Assembly (NCBI GenBank): GCA_965223845.1
Contig: CBDCXR010000004.1
Location: forward strand, 6,048,001-6,112,000
Direction of reading: 5' to 3'
DNA: 64,000 nt
Origin: Planctomycetota bacterium
GTDB lineage: Bacteria > Planctomycetota > UBA8108 > SXIK01
Within the stretch, counting starts at the first letter, position 1, and every line of letters begins with the position of its first letter. A model generated the notes under the pieces. The model saw only the letters and a list, made by a program, of their open reading frames with translations. It ran no database searches and was not told the origin of the DNA. The position numbers and the translations under genes are program-made. This document shows, in pieces, positions 1-9,078 of the stretch.

Positions 1-675
1 CCGGACTGGCTGACCCGCTTCTTCGTGCGTCTCCTCTGGGGTGCGCCGGCCGAGAATCGGACCGGTGGTGACTGGGTCGCCGACCGAGAGACGAGAGCTC
101 AATCCGGCCTGACTGCGTTTCTGCGGAGCGGCGAGATCGAGTACCTCCGAAGCGGCGACTCCGTCGACCTCGTCCGGCGACTTCACGAGGCGTGGCGCGC
201 CGCGACACCGACCGAGGCGAGGACGGAGAAGCCCAAGGTTCCGCAGGGTTGCGTGTTCCTCAGCTTCTCGAGCGCGGATCGCCGGCACGTCGCCCGCTTG
301 CGCGACCAGCTGAAATCGAACGGGCTCACCGTGTGGTTCGACGAGGAACGAATCCTCTACGGACAGGACTACGCATCGGTGATCGCCGCGGGAATCGAGA
401 AGGCGCAGTGGTTCGTTCCCTGCATCTCGAAGAACACGGCCGACCAGGAAGACCGCTACTTCCCGGTCGAGTGGGAGATCGCCGTCAAGCAGGTCGAGCG
501 GATCGGGATCAACAACATCTGCCCCGTCATCCTCGATAGCAGCTCGCCCCACGATCTCGTCATCCCGCCCGCGTTCAAGCGCGTCCGGATCGCCGACTGC
601 CCGAACGGCAATCCGCCGAATGATTTCGTCCAGCGACTGCAGAAGAGCGAGCCGGAACCGCTCCCCGTTTCATGA
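1..675 (+). CDS. TIR-domain protein, 5'-truncated; upstream part resembles the C-terminus of a SIR2-like domain (SIR2-TIR fusion)
   Basis: Frame is open from base 1 (PDWLTRFFVR...). TIR motifs VFLSFSSAD, VWFDEERI, FVPCISKNT, YFPVEWEIA (catalytic-type Glu), ICPVILD. Stop overlaps the next start (ATGA, 672-675). Confidence 0.85.
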   Translation, partial: PDWLTRFFVRLLWGAPAENRTGGDWVADRETRAQSGLTAFLRSGEIEYLRSGDSVDLVRRLHEAWRAATPTEARTEKPKVPQGCVFLSFSSADRRHVARLRDQLKSNGLTVWFDEERILYGQDYASVIAAGIEKAQWFVPCISKNTADQEDRYFPVEWEIAVKQVERIGINNICPVILDSSSPHDLVIPPAFKRVRIADCPNGNPPNDFVQRLQKSEPEPLPVS

Positions 676-3600
676 GTACGTCGACACAGCCCCCCAATGT
701 CGCTTCGGCGACGCCGGAGAACCCGTGGCTCGGGCTTCGATTCTTCGAAGAGTCCGACCAGCGGTTCTTTTTTGGTCGGGAGCGCGAGGTCGCGCAGCTC
801 TTTCGCCTCGTTCAGCGCGAAGTCGCGTCCGTTCTCTTCGGGCAGTCGGGGCTCGGGAAGAGCTCGATTCTGAATGCGGGACTCTTTCCGCGGCTCCGCC
901 GTCGGGGGTTCTTCCCGGTGCGCGTGACCTTCGACTACGGAGACGGCGACGACGCGGAGTCGCCGACCCTTCTCGAGCAGACGCGCCGGCAAATCGAGCA
1001 TGCGCTCTCGCTGCGAGGGATCCAGACCGAGCGTGACGAGGACGCCCCGCTCGCCGAGGACGAGACGCTCTGGGAGTACTACCAGAACACTCGGTTCTGG
1101 GACGGTGCGCGTCTCGTGACGCCCGTGATCGTTTTCGATCAGTTCGAAGAGATCTTCAAGCGAGGGCCGACCAGCCCTCGCGCGCTCGCATCGACGCAGG
1201 AGTTCGTTGAGGAACTCGCCGATCTCATCGAGAACCGGATCCCGGAAAGCGTGCAGCAGAGGATTCGCTCGGCCGATCTCCCCGGATTTTCCGCGCGCGC
1301 GCCGCGGGTCAAGATCGTCCTTTCCTTGCGCGAAGACTACCTCGCCGATCTCGAGGAGCTCGTCCCGGGGATTCCGTCGCTTTCCGGACGCGTTCGTTAC
1401 CGGCTCGGGCCGATGGCGGGCGACCAGGCGCTCGACGCGATCCGCGAGCCCGCCGAGGAGAAGCAGCTCCTCGAGGAAGGCGTCGCTGAAAAGATCCTCG
1501 ATGCGATTCGCGAGTCGCGGCGACGGACCTCGTCCCGATTCCTCCCCTTCGTCCGCGACCGCTCGCGCACGATCGAGGTCGAGCCGTTCCTTCTCAGCCT
1601 CTTCTGTCGCGAGCTGAATGAGCTCCGCGACCCCCGACGACGCGGCGGAAAAGCGGGCGCGCGCAAGCTTACGCGCATCACCGCGGACCTCGTCGAGTCG
1701 CACCAACGAGGGATCCTCCGCCACTTCTACGAGTCGTGCCTCCGTGATCTCCCGAACGCGGAGAAGGTGCAAACCTTCGTCGAGGATCGGCTCGTCGGTG
1801 AGACCGGCTACCGCGAGCTCGTCTCGACCGAGCGGGCGAAGCGCGAGTTCGAAATCTCCCCGTCGACTCTCGACAAGCTCGTCGAACGTCGTCTCCTTCG
1901 CCGCGACGAGCGCCGCGGCGTCGTCCACGTCGAGCTCGCCCACGACGTCCTCGTCGACGAGATCGTCGAGAGCCGCCGGCGCCGCCGACTTCGCGCGCGG
2001 CAGAAAGCTTGGCTGAGGCAGGCTTTCCTTTGGTCGACCATCGCAGTCTTTGCCGCGACGCTGATCGGCGTCCGGCTTTTCCTCCTCGTCTTCGAGAGGG
2101 ACGTTCGGGTTTCCGACGACCACTACACGAGCCGGGAGAGCCGGAGCGTCGCGGTGGATACGTCGAAGCTCGAGCTTCCGGATGGCGCCGACGTCAGTGC
2201 CTACACCTGGTCGAGCGCCCTCGGCGGGGTGGGAACTCTCGGACTCAAGGGGAACTACTTGACCGGCCGGATTCTGAACGTCGGTGAGAGCGAGGCGAGT
2301 CGCGTGCTGACGCTTCTCGGACGGAAGGTCGGCATCTTTGAGACCGAGGTTCTCCGCCTCCCGGTCAGCGTGATCTTCGACGACGATTCGCCGACCGTTT
2401 CGCCGGACGAGATCACCTTCGCCAATCAGGGCGGCGTGCTCCGCGATCCCGCGAAGTTCGCCGCCGAGGAGCGCGTTCGCATTCGCCATTCGGCGCGCCT
2501 TGGCGTCGTGGTCACCGATGCGAGCCCTTGTCGAGTCGAGCTGCGACGCGCGGGTTCCGAAGAGGTCGTCATGACGGCGAGCTTGGCGACGGCGGACGAG
2601 GCCGACGTTTCGCAGCGGAGCGACGATGCGGCGGGGCCCGGAGACGAGGGCTCAGGAACGGCGGAATTTCGCGGAGAACAAGTCCGCCGCTATCAGTTCA
2701 ATCTTCAGGAACTCGCGAACTCCGCTCCGCTTCCGCCGGGACCGATCGATCTCGAGATCTACGTCGAGGATGCCGCGGGTCATTCCGCAGAACTCATTCC
2801 GCTCAGCCTCACGATCGACAACGGCCCCGAGCTTTCCGCTGACCCGCAGACCGATCCGCCGCTCTTCGGCGCGGGACGCGCGTTCCTTCCCGTTCGCGTG
2901 GCGGCGGGCGAGCTTCTTCAAACCGTGAGCTTCAACATCGACTCCGATCAGGGCGAGATTTCGGAGCCCGCGGTGTTCTACGCCCGGGAGCAGATCGAAG
3001 AGTGGAGGCGGAATCGCTGGAGCGGCGCGGACGCGACCGGGTTCGATGCGCTCAGCGCCGTCACCGACCCGGCGCTGCTCGAGCACACCACCAACTACTG
3101 CCTCGCCGTCCCGCTCGCGCCTCCGCCAAACGGCGCTCAGACCTGGACGCTCAAGCTGCACGTTCGCGACAATTCCTTCCCGAGCAAGCTCGGCGAGCCG
3201 GAGTTTACGTTCGGTCTACCCCCAGGATTCGACCTCTCACCGAGCGGCGCCGACGACTACCCGTTCGAATCGGTGCGTGCGGGGACGACGTTTCTCGGCG
3301 CCGACGAGTACGCCTACTCCGACTCGGGTCCGGGCCCGGCCCGGCTCGGTCCGATCCAGGCGACTCTCGCTGCGAACTGCGACTTCGTCGAGATCCGCGT
3401 CGGTGCCGACGGAGATCCGCAGCGGGGCGCCGTCGCCGGCGACGATGTGAAGTTCGACGAGCTCGAGCTTCAGCCCGACGCGCGCAACGAGGTCACGATC
3501 CGGGTCGCCGATCTCCTCGGTCGGACCTTCGAGAAAACTTGGACGATCCGGCCCGATCGAGCTCCTCCTTCGATCGATTTGATCGTTCGCCCGGCCGAGC

Positions 3601-5003
3601 AGAACGATACGACGAATCGAGTGCGGTACGTGTTCGAAGTCGCGGCGGACGAACCGGTCGCGCAGGCGACGCTGCAGGCTACGTGGCGGGTGGACTCGGA
3701 GGAGCGGCGGTCGTCGTTCCCGCCGACGCCGGAAAACTCACTCGTTTTCGAGCCAGTGCTTTCCGAGCGCGACTACACGCTCACGTGTACGGCGAAGGAC
3801 GCCGTGGGAAACTCGGGAGAAGCGGTCGTGGCCGTGTCCGTCAATCCGCGAGGTCCGCGCGTCACGACGATGAGTGGGCAGGACTTCGTCGAGCCGGATG
3901 CCGTGACGGGTGTCGTCCGTCTTCGGGCCGAGGACGGGAACGGGATCGACGTCGACGGCGCGTCCATCGAGTTCCGGGTCTCGCACGGAAAAGGACGAGG
4001 ACTCACCGTGACAGCGAGCGGAAGGCTGGAGCGAGGATCGATTCTCGAGGTCACGCCCGACGAGCCTCTCCCGATTCCGTCGCGCGGTTCGATCGAGATC
4101 AAGCTCCGCGATTCGCCGGCCGACGGCAACTCGCTCGAAACGACGACGAGTCTCCCCTACGTCCTCGAGCCGAACTGGCGGCCCTGTGTCGAGTGGCCAC
4201 AGGGATCTGGGCTGAGCTGGATCTTCGTCGAGAGCTTTTACATCCTTCAGACCGAAGTTTCGAACGAGAGCTTCGCGGCGGCCGTCGCGGGAGGCGTGGT
4301 CCGCGCACCGAAGTACTTTCGCCCCAACGGGACGGTTCGCTACGAGCGCGCGGGGCGCCCGATCGACGGCGCGCGGTATCCCGTCGTCGGCGTCGAGCCG
4401 GACGACGCCCTCGCCTTCGCGAAGACCATCGATCCGGGCGCGCGCCTCCCTTGGTGGGACGAGTGGCTCGACGCCGCTCGGCGCGACAATCCCTACGACG
4501 ATCACCCCGGAAAGAGCGACGACGACTGGGACGGTGTGAACTTTCGCTCGCGCTCGCGACCGAGCAATCAGGCGCGCGAGCGTGACGAGCGTACCGATCG
4601 GATTCTCGCGCGTGAGCCGCTTCCGTGTTTTCACGTTCCGGTCGACTACGGTCTCGGCGGGCACGCTCCCGGTTCGCCCCGGTGCAGCGAACCGGGCGTC
4701 CACCGCCTCCTCCACCAGCTCGGGAACGTGCAGGAGATCGTCCGGAGGAACGGGAGCGAAAGCGAGCCCGCCTACGGCGTCGTGGGGGGCTTTTACGATT
4801 CGAACCTCGACGTGATCCTGCGGCCGGGACGCCGTCCTCGACCGTATCGTGCCGCGGCGCATCGCTCGTTCACGACCGGTTTCCGTCTCGTGATCGATCC
4901 GGAAAAAGCGTCGGAGGCGTTCAAGCGCGAGGCGCGCAAAGAGACGAACCGAGAGACTGCGGACGAAGCCCCCGGCGGAGAGGAGACGCGCGATGGCCGC
5001 TGA
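672..5003 (+). CDS. nSTAND1-type NTPase with one TM helix, Ig-like beta-sandwich repeats and a C-terminal FGE-sulfatase-like domain
   Basis: NPWLGLRFF..FFGRERE, Walker A GQSGLGKS, Walker B VIVFDQFEE, LSLREDYL, ELAHD; TM AFLWSTIAVFAATLIGVRLFLLVF; Ig-like VEDAAGH / AKDAVGN; FGE motifs TEVSN, YPVVGV, RLPWWDEW, GNVQE, GFRLV. Confidence 0.85.
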   Translation: MSTSTQPPNVASATPENPWLGLRFFEESDQRFFFGREREVAQLFRLVQREVASVLFGQSGLGKSSILNAGLFPRLRRRGFFPVRVTFDYGDGDDAESPTLLEQTRRQIEHALSLRGIQTERDEDAPLAEDETLWEYYQNTRFWDGARLVTPVIVFDQFEEIFKRGPTSPRALASTQEFVEELADLIENRIPESVQQRIRSADLPGFSARAPRVKIVLSLREDYLADLEELVPGIPSLSGRVRYRLGPMAGDQALDAIREPAEEKQLLEEGVAEKILDAIRESRRRTSSRFLPFVRDRSRTIEVEPFLLSLFCRELNELRDPRRRGGKAGARKLTRITADLVESHQRGILRHFYESCLRDLPNAEKVQTFVEDRLVGETGYRELVSTERAKREFEISPSTLDKLVERRLLRRDERRGVVHVELAHDVLVDEIVESRRRRRLRARQKAWLRQAFLWSTIAVFAATLIGVRLFLLVFERDVRVSDDHYTSRESRSVAVDTSKLELPDGADVSAYTWSSALGGVGTLGLKGNYLTGRILNVGESEASRVLTLLGRKVGIFETEVLRLPVSVIFDDDSPTVSPDEITFANQGGVLRDPAKFAAEERVRIRHSARLGVVVTDASPCRVELRRAGSEEVVMTASLATADEADVSQRSDDAAGPGDEGSGTAEFRGEQVRRYQFNLQELANSAPLPPGPIDLEIYVEDAAGHSAELIPLSLTIDNGPELSADPQTDPPLFGAGRAFLPVRVAAGELLQTVSFNIDSDQGEISEPAVFYAREQIEEWRRNRWSGADATGFDALSAVTDPALLEHTTNYCLAVPLAPPPNGAQTWTLKLHVRDNSFPSKLGEPEFTFGLPPGFDLSPSGADDYPFESVRAGTTFLGADEYAYSDSGPGPARLGPIQATLAANCDFVEIRVGADGDPQRGAVAGDDVKFDELELQPDARNEVTIRVADLLGRTFEKTWTIRPDRAPPSIDLIVRPAEQNDTTNRVRYVFEVAADEPVAQATLQATWRVDSEERRSSFPPTPENSLVFEPVLSERDYTLTCTAKDAVGNSGEAVVAVSVNPRGPRVTTMSGQDFVEPDAVTGVVRLRAEDGNGIDVDGASIEFRVSHGKGRGLTVTASGRLERGSILEVTPDEPLPIPSRGSIEIKLRDSPADGNSLETTTSLPYVLEPNWRPCVEWPQGSGLSWIFVESFYILQTEVSNESFAAAVAGGVVRAPKYFRPNGTVRYERAGRPIDGARYPVVGVEPDDALAFAKTIDPGARLPWWDEWLDAARRDNPYDDHPGKSDDDWDGVNFRSRSRPSNQARERDERTDRILAREPLPCFHVPVDYGLGGHAPGSPRCSEPGVHRLLHQLGNVQEIVRRNGSESEPAYGVVGGFYDSNLDVILRPGRRPRPYRAAAHRSFTTGFRLVIDPEKASEAFKREARKETNRETADEAPGGEETRDGR

Positions 5004-5988
5004 TCGCCTCATTCGACCACTCTTCACGCTCCTCTGCGCCAGCCTCGTACTCTTCGGACTTGGATGCCGGAGCACGGTGAGCCCGGACGTGAGGAGGAGC
5101 GGTTCGCTTCCGTTCGTCGTCGCGATCGAAGGTCGAGAGGGCGACGAGCACGGGCTCTCGATGATTCGACTTCACGAGGACTTCATCGCGAGCGAGGCGT
5201 TCACGTATGTGACGACGCCGAGCGACGGCATCGTCCCGGATGTCGTGATCACACTCGGCGTGAGCGGCGAGTCGTTCGGCGAGTTCACCGTCGACACTCT
5301 CGGCGCGAGCCTATCCACCACCACATGGCTCTTCCTCGGCTACGTCGGTTGGTTCTTTGCCGACCACGTCTACATGGATTCCAACTACTTCGCTGAAATC
5401 TCCGCCGCCGTTCCCGAGTCGAAGCACCGGCTCGACTTCTACCGCGATACGGTGAGCCTGAACGCCTTCGAGCTGAGTCGCTTCGACCGCGTCCCGGAAG
5501 AGAACCGATCCTGGGACGTTCTCGCCGGCGTGTTCATTCCGCCGTTCGCTCCGATGTCGATTTCGACCGAGGCTCTCTGGCGCCAGTCGGAGGAGCGGCT
5601 CGTCGTCGATGGGATCGGACGAATGGTGCGCGGGTTTCCACTCGGCTACCTCGAGCAGCACGGCTGCTACGTCGTCTACCGGCCCGATCAAGACGACTTG
5701 ATCCTCGTTGCCCGCGAGATGCCGTTCGCCGTGACGTTGACGGCCAAGGAGACGGGCTCGAAGCGCACGCTCGACCTCGAGGCGATCACGACGCGAGAGC
5801 TGCGCGACCCGGAAACGGAGGAGAGTGTCCGGCGCGATCTCTCGGAGCGCGGACTCGGGATCGGTGGAACTCCACTCGACCGTCTCTATCTCATTCCGCT
5901 CACCGATCGAGAGCTCGGCTTCGTTCGCATCGCCATCGAGCTCCAGACTTCGAGGGGCGACTTCACGATCGAGAGACCGCTCGAGTGA
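4993..5988 (+). CDS. hypothetical lipoprotein
   Basis: Signal peptide with lipobox-like FGLGC; overlaps the upstream gene end; GGAG RBS. Confidence 0.7.
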   Translation: MAADRLIRPLFTLLCASLVLFGLGCRSTVSPDVRRSGSLPFVVAIEGREGDEHGLSMIRLHEDFIASEAFTYVTTPSDGIVPDVVITLGVSGESFGEFTVDTLGASLSTTTWLFLGYVGWFFADHVYMDSNYFAEISAAVPESKHRLDFYRDTVSLNAFELSRFDRVPEENRSWDVLAGVFIPPFAPMSISTEALWRQSEERLVVDGIGRMVRGFPLGYLEQHGCYVVYRPDQDDLILVAREMPFAVTLTAKETGSKRTLDLEAITTRELRDPETEESVRRDLSERGLGIGGTPLDRLYLIPLTDRELGFVRIAIELQTSRGDFTIERPLE

Positions 5989-6161
5989 TGCGAGCTCGTT
6001 CACCTCTTCCGCCTTTCGCTGCGATTCTCGCTGTGGACGCCGCGCGTTCGTAGCGATAGCTTGGCTCCCGTTCACCGGCTGTCGGCCCGTCGCGCGGTCT
6101 CCCCGGCCGTGCGGTGCGACGTCAGCAACCCGTCTCGTGAATCGCAGTGAGCAGCGACGCT

Positions 6162-6887
6162 ATGAGTAAGCACTGGTGGAGGCGACTTTTCCTCGTCCCG
6201 AGCGTACTGGTGCCGCTCGCCGTCGGACTCGGTTCCTTCGCTTGGGGACTCGTCGCCGGCAGCTCCGCCGTCACGACGACCGTTGGGATCGCGGGCGTCG
6301 TCCTCGGAGTGGGAGCGGCGGCCTACCGCGCGATAACGAAGGGCGACCGACTCTCGAAGAAGGCTGAACGAGATGCCGCGGACGAGCGCGCCGAAGGCGA
6401 GCTCGAGGCTTTCGACCGGCTCGAGCACCGTCTCTACAACGACGACGATCCGAACACGACGGCGATGGCGCGCAAGCTGCGCGAGCTCTACGAGCGGATT
6501 CGGAAGGTACCACTGACGAGCTCCGAGACTTCCGCCGAGGTGCGAAAGCGCGCTCTTCGTCTCTGTCTCTCGTGTCGAACTTCGCTCGAGCGCACGGTTG
6601 AGCTCTACGAGGCGAGCGAGCGCATGGCGACCGAGGAGACTCGTGCAGAGACGCTCCGTTCGCGCGAGGAGCTGCTCGGCGAGATCCGTGCGAGCATGGA
6701 GAAGCTCGGCGCGACTCTCGACGAGATCGAGTCGACGCGCCTCGAGAAGCGAGTTCCCGAAAGCGGGAGCGAGGCGCTCGCGCGGGCGCGGCTCGAGCTC
6801 GACGAAGGGCTCGCGGTCGCGCGGCGGGTGGAGGAGCGGATGGAGGAGTTCCATCGTCGCTTCGATCGAACGGCGGGGCGCGAGTAG
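6162..6887 (+). CDS. hypothetical protein, two N-terminal TM helices and a coiled coil
   Basis: Hydrophobic N-terminus then a helical E/R/L-rich region; ATG 6162 (GTG 6147 is an alternative). Confidence 0.7.
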   Translation: MSKHWWRRLFLVPSVLVPLAVGLGSFAWGLVAGSSAVTTTVGIAGVVLGVGAAAYRAITKGDRLSKKAERDAADERAEGELEAFDRLEHRLYNDDDPNTTAMARKLRELYERIRKVPLTSSETSAEVRKRALRLCLSCRTSLERTVELYEASERMATEETRAETLRSREELLGEIRASMEKLGATLDEIESTRLEKRVPESGSEALARARLELDEGLAVARRVEERMEEFHRRFDRTAGRE

Positions 6888-7113
6888 CGCGCGGGGCCGG
6901 TCCGTCGCGATCCGTCCCACGGCCGGCGAGCCGGCAGGCGCGCCGTCCCTCCGATCCTCCGATTCGCTGGCATCGCGCGCTCGGGCCACCAGAATGAGGG
7001 ACGAAAGTTTCGCGAGAATTCCGACGAACCGTGCGCCCGGCTCCGTTCCATCTGACGAAGGCTGAGCACGGAGCGAAGCCTCCCGTCGTTCGAAAGCCCT
7101 TCTGGAGGCCGTC

Positions 7114-7965
7114 ATGCGGACCCTGACAACTCTCTCGCTCGTCCTCGCTCTCCTCTCGGTCGATTCCGGCGCCGTCTTCTCCCAGGACGCGGCCGGTGCG
7201 ACGGGAAGCCGGCGGTCCCGAGCTGTGGTCGACGTCGAGATCGAAGCCGGAACTGTCGTCTCGTACTTCGAGATTCTTCGCGAGCGGTATGCGCTCAATA
7301 TCCTCGTCGATCCGAGTCTCGCGCAGACATCGATCCGCATGCCCGCGGTGCGCCTCCGAAACGTCTCGCCCGAGGCGGTCGCCACGCTTCCGATGGAAAT
7401 CTCCGAGGCCGCCGATCACGGCCTTGAGGTGGTCGAGCACGACAGCATTTTCGTCGCGCGGATTCGAACCCCGGTGAGGCCTTCGCGCCGGCGATCGCAG
7501 CAGGTCGAGAATCGTATCCAGACGGTCGTGAATTCGCTGGCGCCGATGCTCCGGTCGCCGACACCCACGAAAGACGAACTCACGGAAGTCGACAAGCTCC
7601 TCCGTGCGATCGATCAGGCGGTCGAGCTCCTCGGTGCGGAGACGAAGCCGATCATCCGCGTCCATCCCGAATCGAAGATTCTTCTCATGCGCGGGGAACA
7701 AGAACCGCTTCTCTTGGCGTCCGAGGTGATCGAACATTTTCTCTCGCTTCGCGAGGAGTCCACGCTCGACGAGGAGAACCGAAAGCTGCGAGCGGAGATC
7801 GCCACCCTGAAGGCCGATCTCGAGAAATCCCAGCTCCACCTTCTCGAGCTCAATCACATGCTCCAGCTCGAGAAGGAGCGCGTGGCGGCAGCGAAGCAGG
7901 CGGCTGAGGACGCCGCGAAGGCAGCGAGCGAAGCGGTGAAGGCCGCGGCGGGACAGCGCCCCTGA
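7114..7965 (+). CDS. secreted protein with an STN/secretin-N-like segment and a C-terminal coiled coil
   Basis: Signal peptide MRTLTTLSLVLALLS; GGAGG RBS; LNILVDPSL..MPAVRLRNV segment; heptad-rich C-terminus. Confidence 0.65.
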   Translation: MRTLTTLSLVLALLSVDSGAVFSQDAAGATGSRRSRAVVDVEIEAGTVVSYFEILRERYALNILVDPSLAQTSIRMPAVRLRNVSPEAVATLPMEISEAADHGLEVVEHDSIFVARIRTPVRPSRRRSQQVENRIQTVVNSLAPMLRSPTPTKDELTEVDKLLRAIDQAVELLGAETKPIIRVHPESKILLMRGEQEPLLLASEVIEHFLSLREESTLDEENRKLRAEIATLKADLEKSQLHLLELNHMLQLEKERVAAAKQAAEDAAKAASEAVKAAAGQRP

Positions 7966-7972
7966 GGATCTC

Positions 7973-8599
7973 TTGAATCGCTCGCTCGTGAGTGAACTTC
8001 CCCCGGGATCCGGCGCGCGCGGCGCGCGCGCCGGCCGGGGATCTCAACTTTCCGATCGTGACGTGCGCACCGTCACCGCGGCCATTCACCGCGGCGACCG
8101 AGCGGCGTTCGCGCGCTTCTACGACGCGTGGTTCGACGCCGCTTTCGTTCTCGCCCGCACGGTGACGCGGCGCGACGAGTCCTTTTGTCTCGACGTAGTG
8201 CAATCGGTGATGATGAAAGTCGTCGACTCTCTCCCGCGGCTCGACTCAGCCGCGAGCCTTCGCCAGTGGATGGCGCGCGTCATTCACAACGCCGCGATCG
8301 ATCGCATCCGGGCCGAGACGCGTCGAGCCGAGCGCGAGCGCGAAGCCGCGACGGAGCGACCGGATCGCGACGCGGCGGATCCCCGGGGGGATTTGATCCT
8401 CGCCGAGGATCTCGAGTGGGTGCGGAGGCGCGTCGCCGAGTTGCCCGAGGCGGAGCGAGCGCTCGTCGAGTATCGCTTCGGGGATGGATTGACACTAGCC
8501 GAGACCGGACGGATCCTCGGGATGACGGGAAACTCGGTTCACAGCAAGCTCCGCGGCATCCTCGCGAAGCTGCGCTGGAAGGCAGGAGAAGGAAAGTGA
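7973..8599 (+). CDS. ECF-type RNA polymerase sigma factor
   Basis: GDRAAFARFY, DVVQSVMMK, WMARVIHNAAIDRIR, region 4 LPEAERALV..GLTLAETGRILG. Confidence 0.9.
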   Translation: MNRSLVSELPPGSGARGARAGRGSQLSDRDVRTVTAAIHRGDRAAFARFYDAWFDAAFVLARTVTRRDESFCLDVVQSVMMKVVDSLPRLDSAASLRQWMARVIHNAAIDRIRAETRRAEREREAATERPDRDAADPRGDLILAEDLEWVRRRVAELPEAERALVEYRFGDGLTLAETGRILGMTGNSVHSKLRGILAKLRWKAGEGK

Positions 8600-9057
8600 A
8601 CGCACCGGATCCTCGCTCGATTCGCTTGTCTCCCACCGGCGCGACGCGGCGGGAGTCCATGCGCTCGGAGCTCCTAGGACGCGTCGACCGGCGTCGGCGC
8701 CGACGCTCGGCGATGCGGGCGACGGCTTTGATCGCCGTCGTCGCGATGGCGGGTTTTGGGATGTGGCGCGGCTTCGATCGTCTCTCCGGTCCGGCCGCCG
8801 ACACGGACGGGCGTGTCGAGCTCGTCGGAGGCGATTCATCGAGCGAGGAGTCGATCACCGCGCTGGCGCCGCCCTTCGGACACTACGAGCACGTCGACGT
8901 CGAGATCATTACGAGCGATGACCCCGCGCCGCGCGAGGATCGGTACGCAAGCGACGACGAGCTGCTCGCTCTCCTTCACGAATCGGGGCACGCGGCTGGA
9001 CTCATCCGAATCGGCAACCGGGTGATCGTCGAAGGGATCGACGAGCTCGTGAAGTAG
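8596..9057 (+). CDS. probable single-TM anti-sigma factor
   Basis: GTG start overlaps the sigma stop (GTGA); Arg-rich stretch then TM ATALIAVVAMAGFGMW. Confidence 0.6.
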   Translation: MNAPDPRSIRLSPTGATRRESMRSELLGRVDRRRRRRSAMRATALIAVVAMAGFGMWRGFDRLSGPAADTDGRVELVGGDSSSEESITALAPPFGHYEHVDVEIITSDDPAPREDRYASDDELLALLHESGHAAGLIRIGNRVIVEGIDELVK

Positions 9058-9078
9058 GATCGGGATCGTCGCTCCCGA

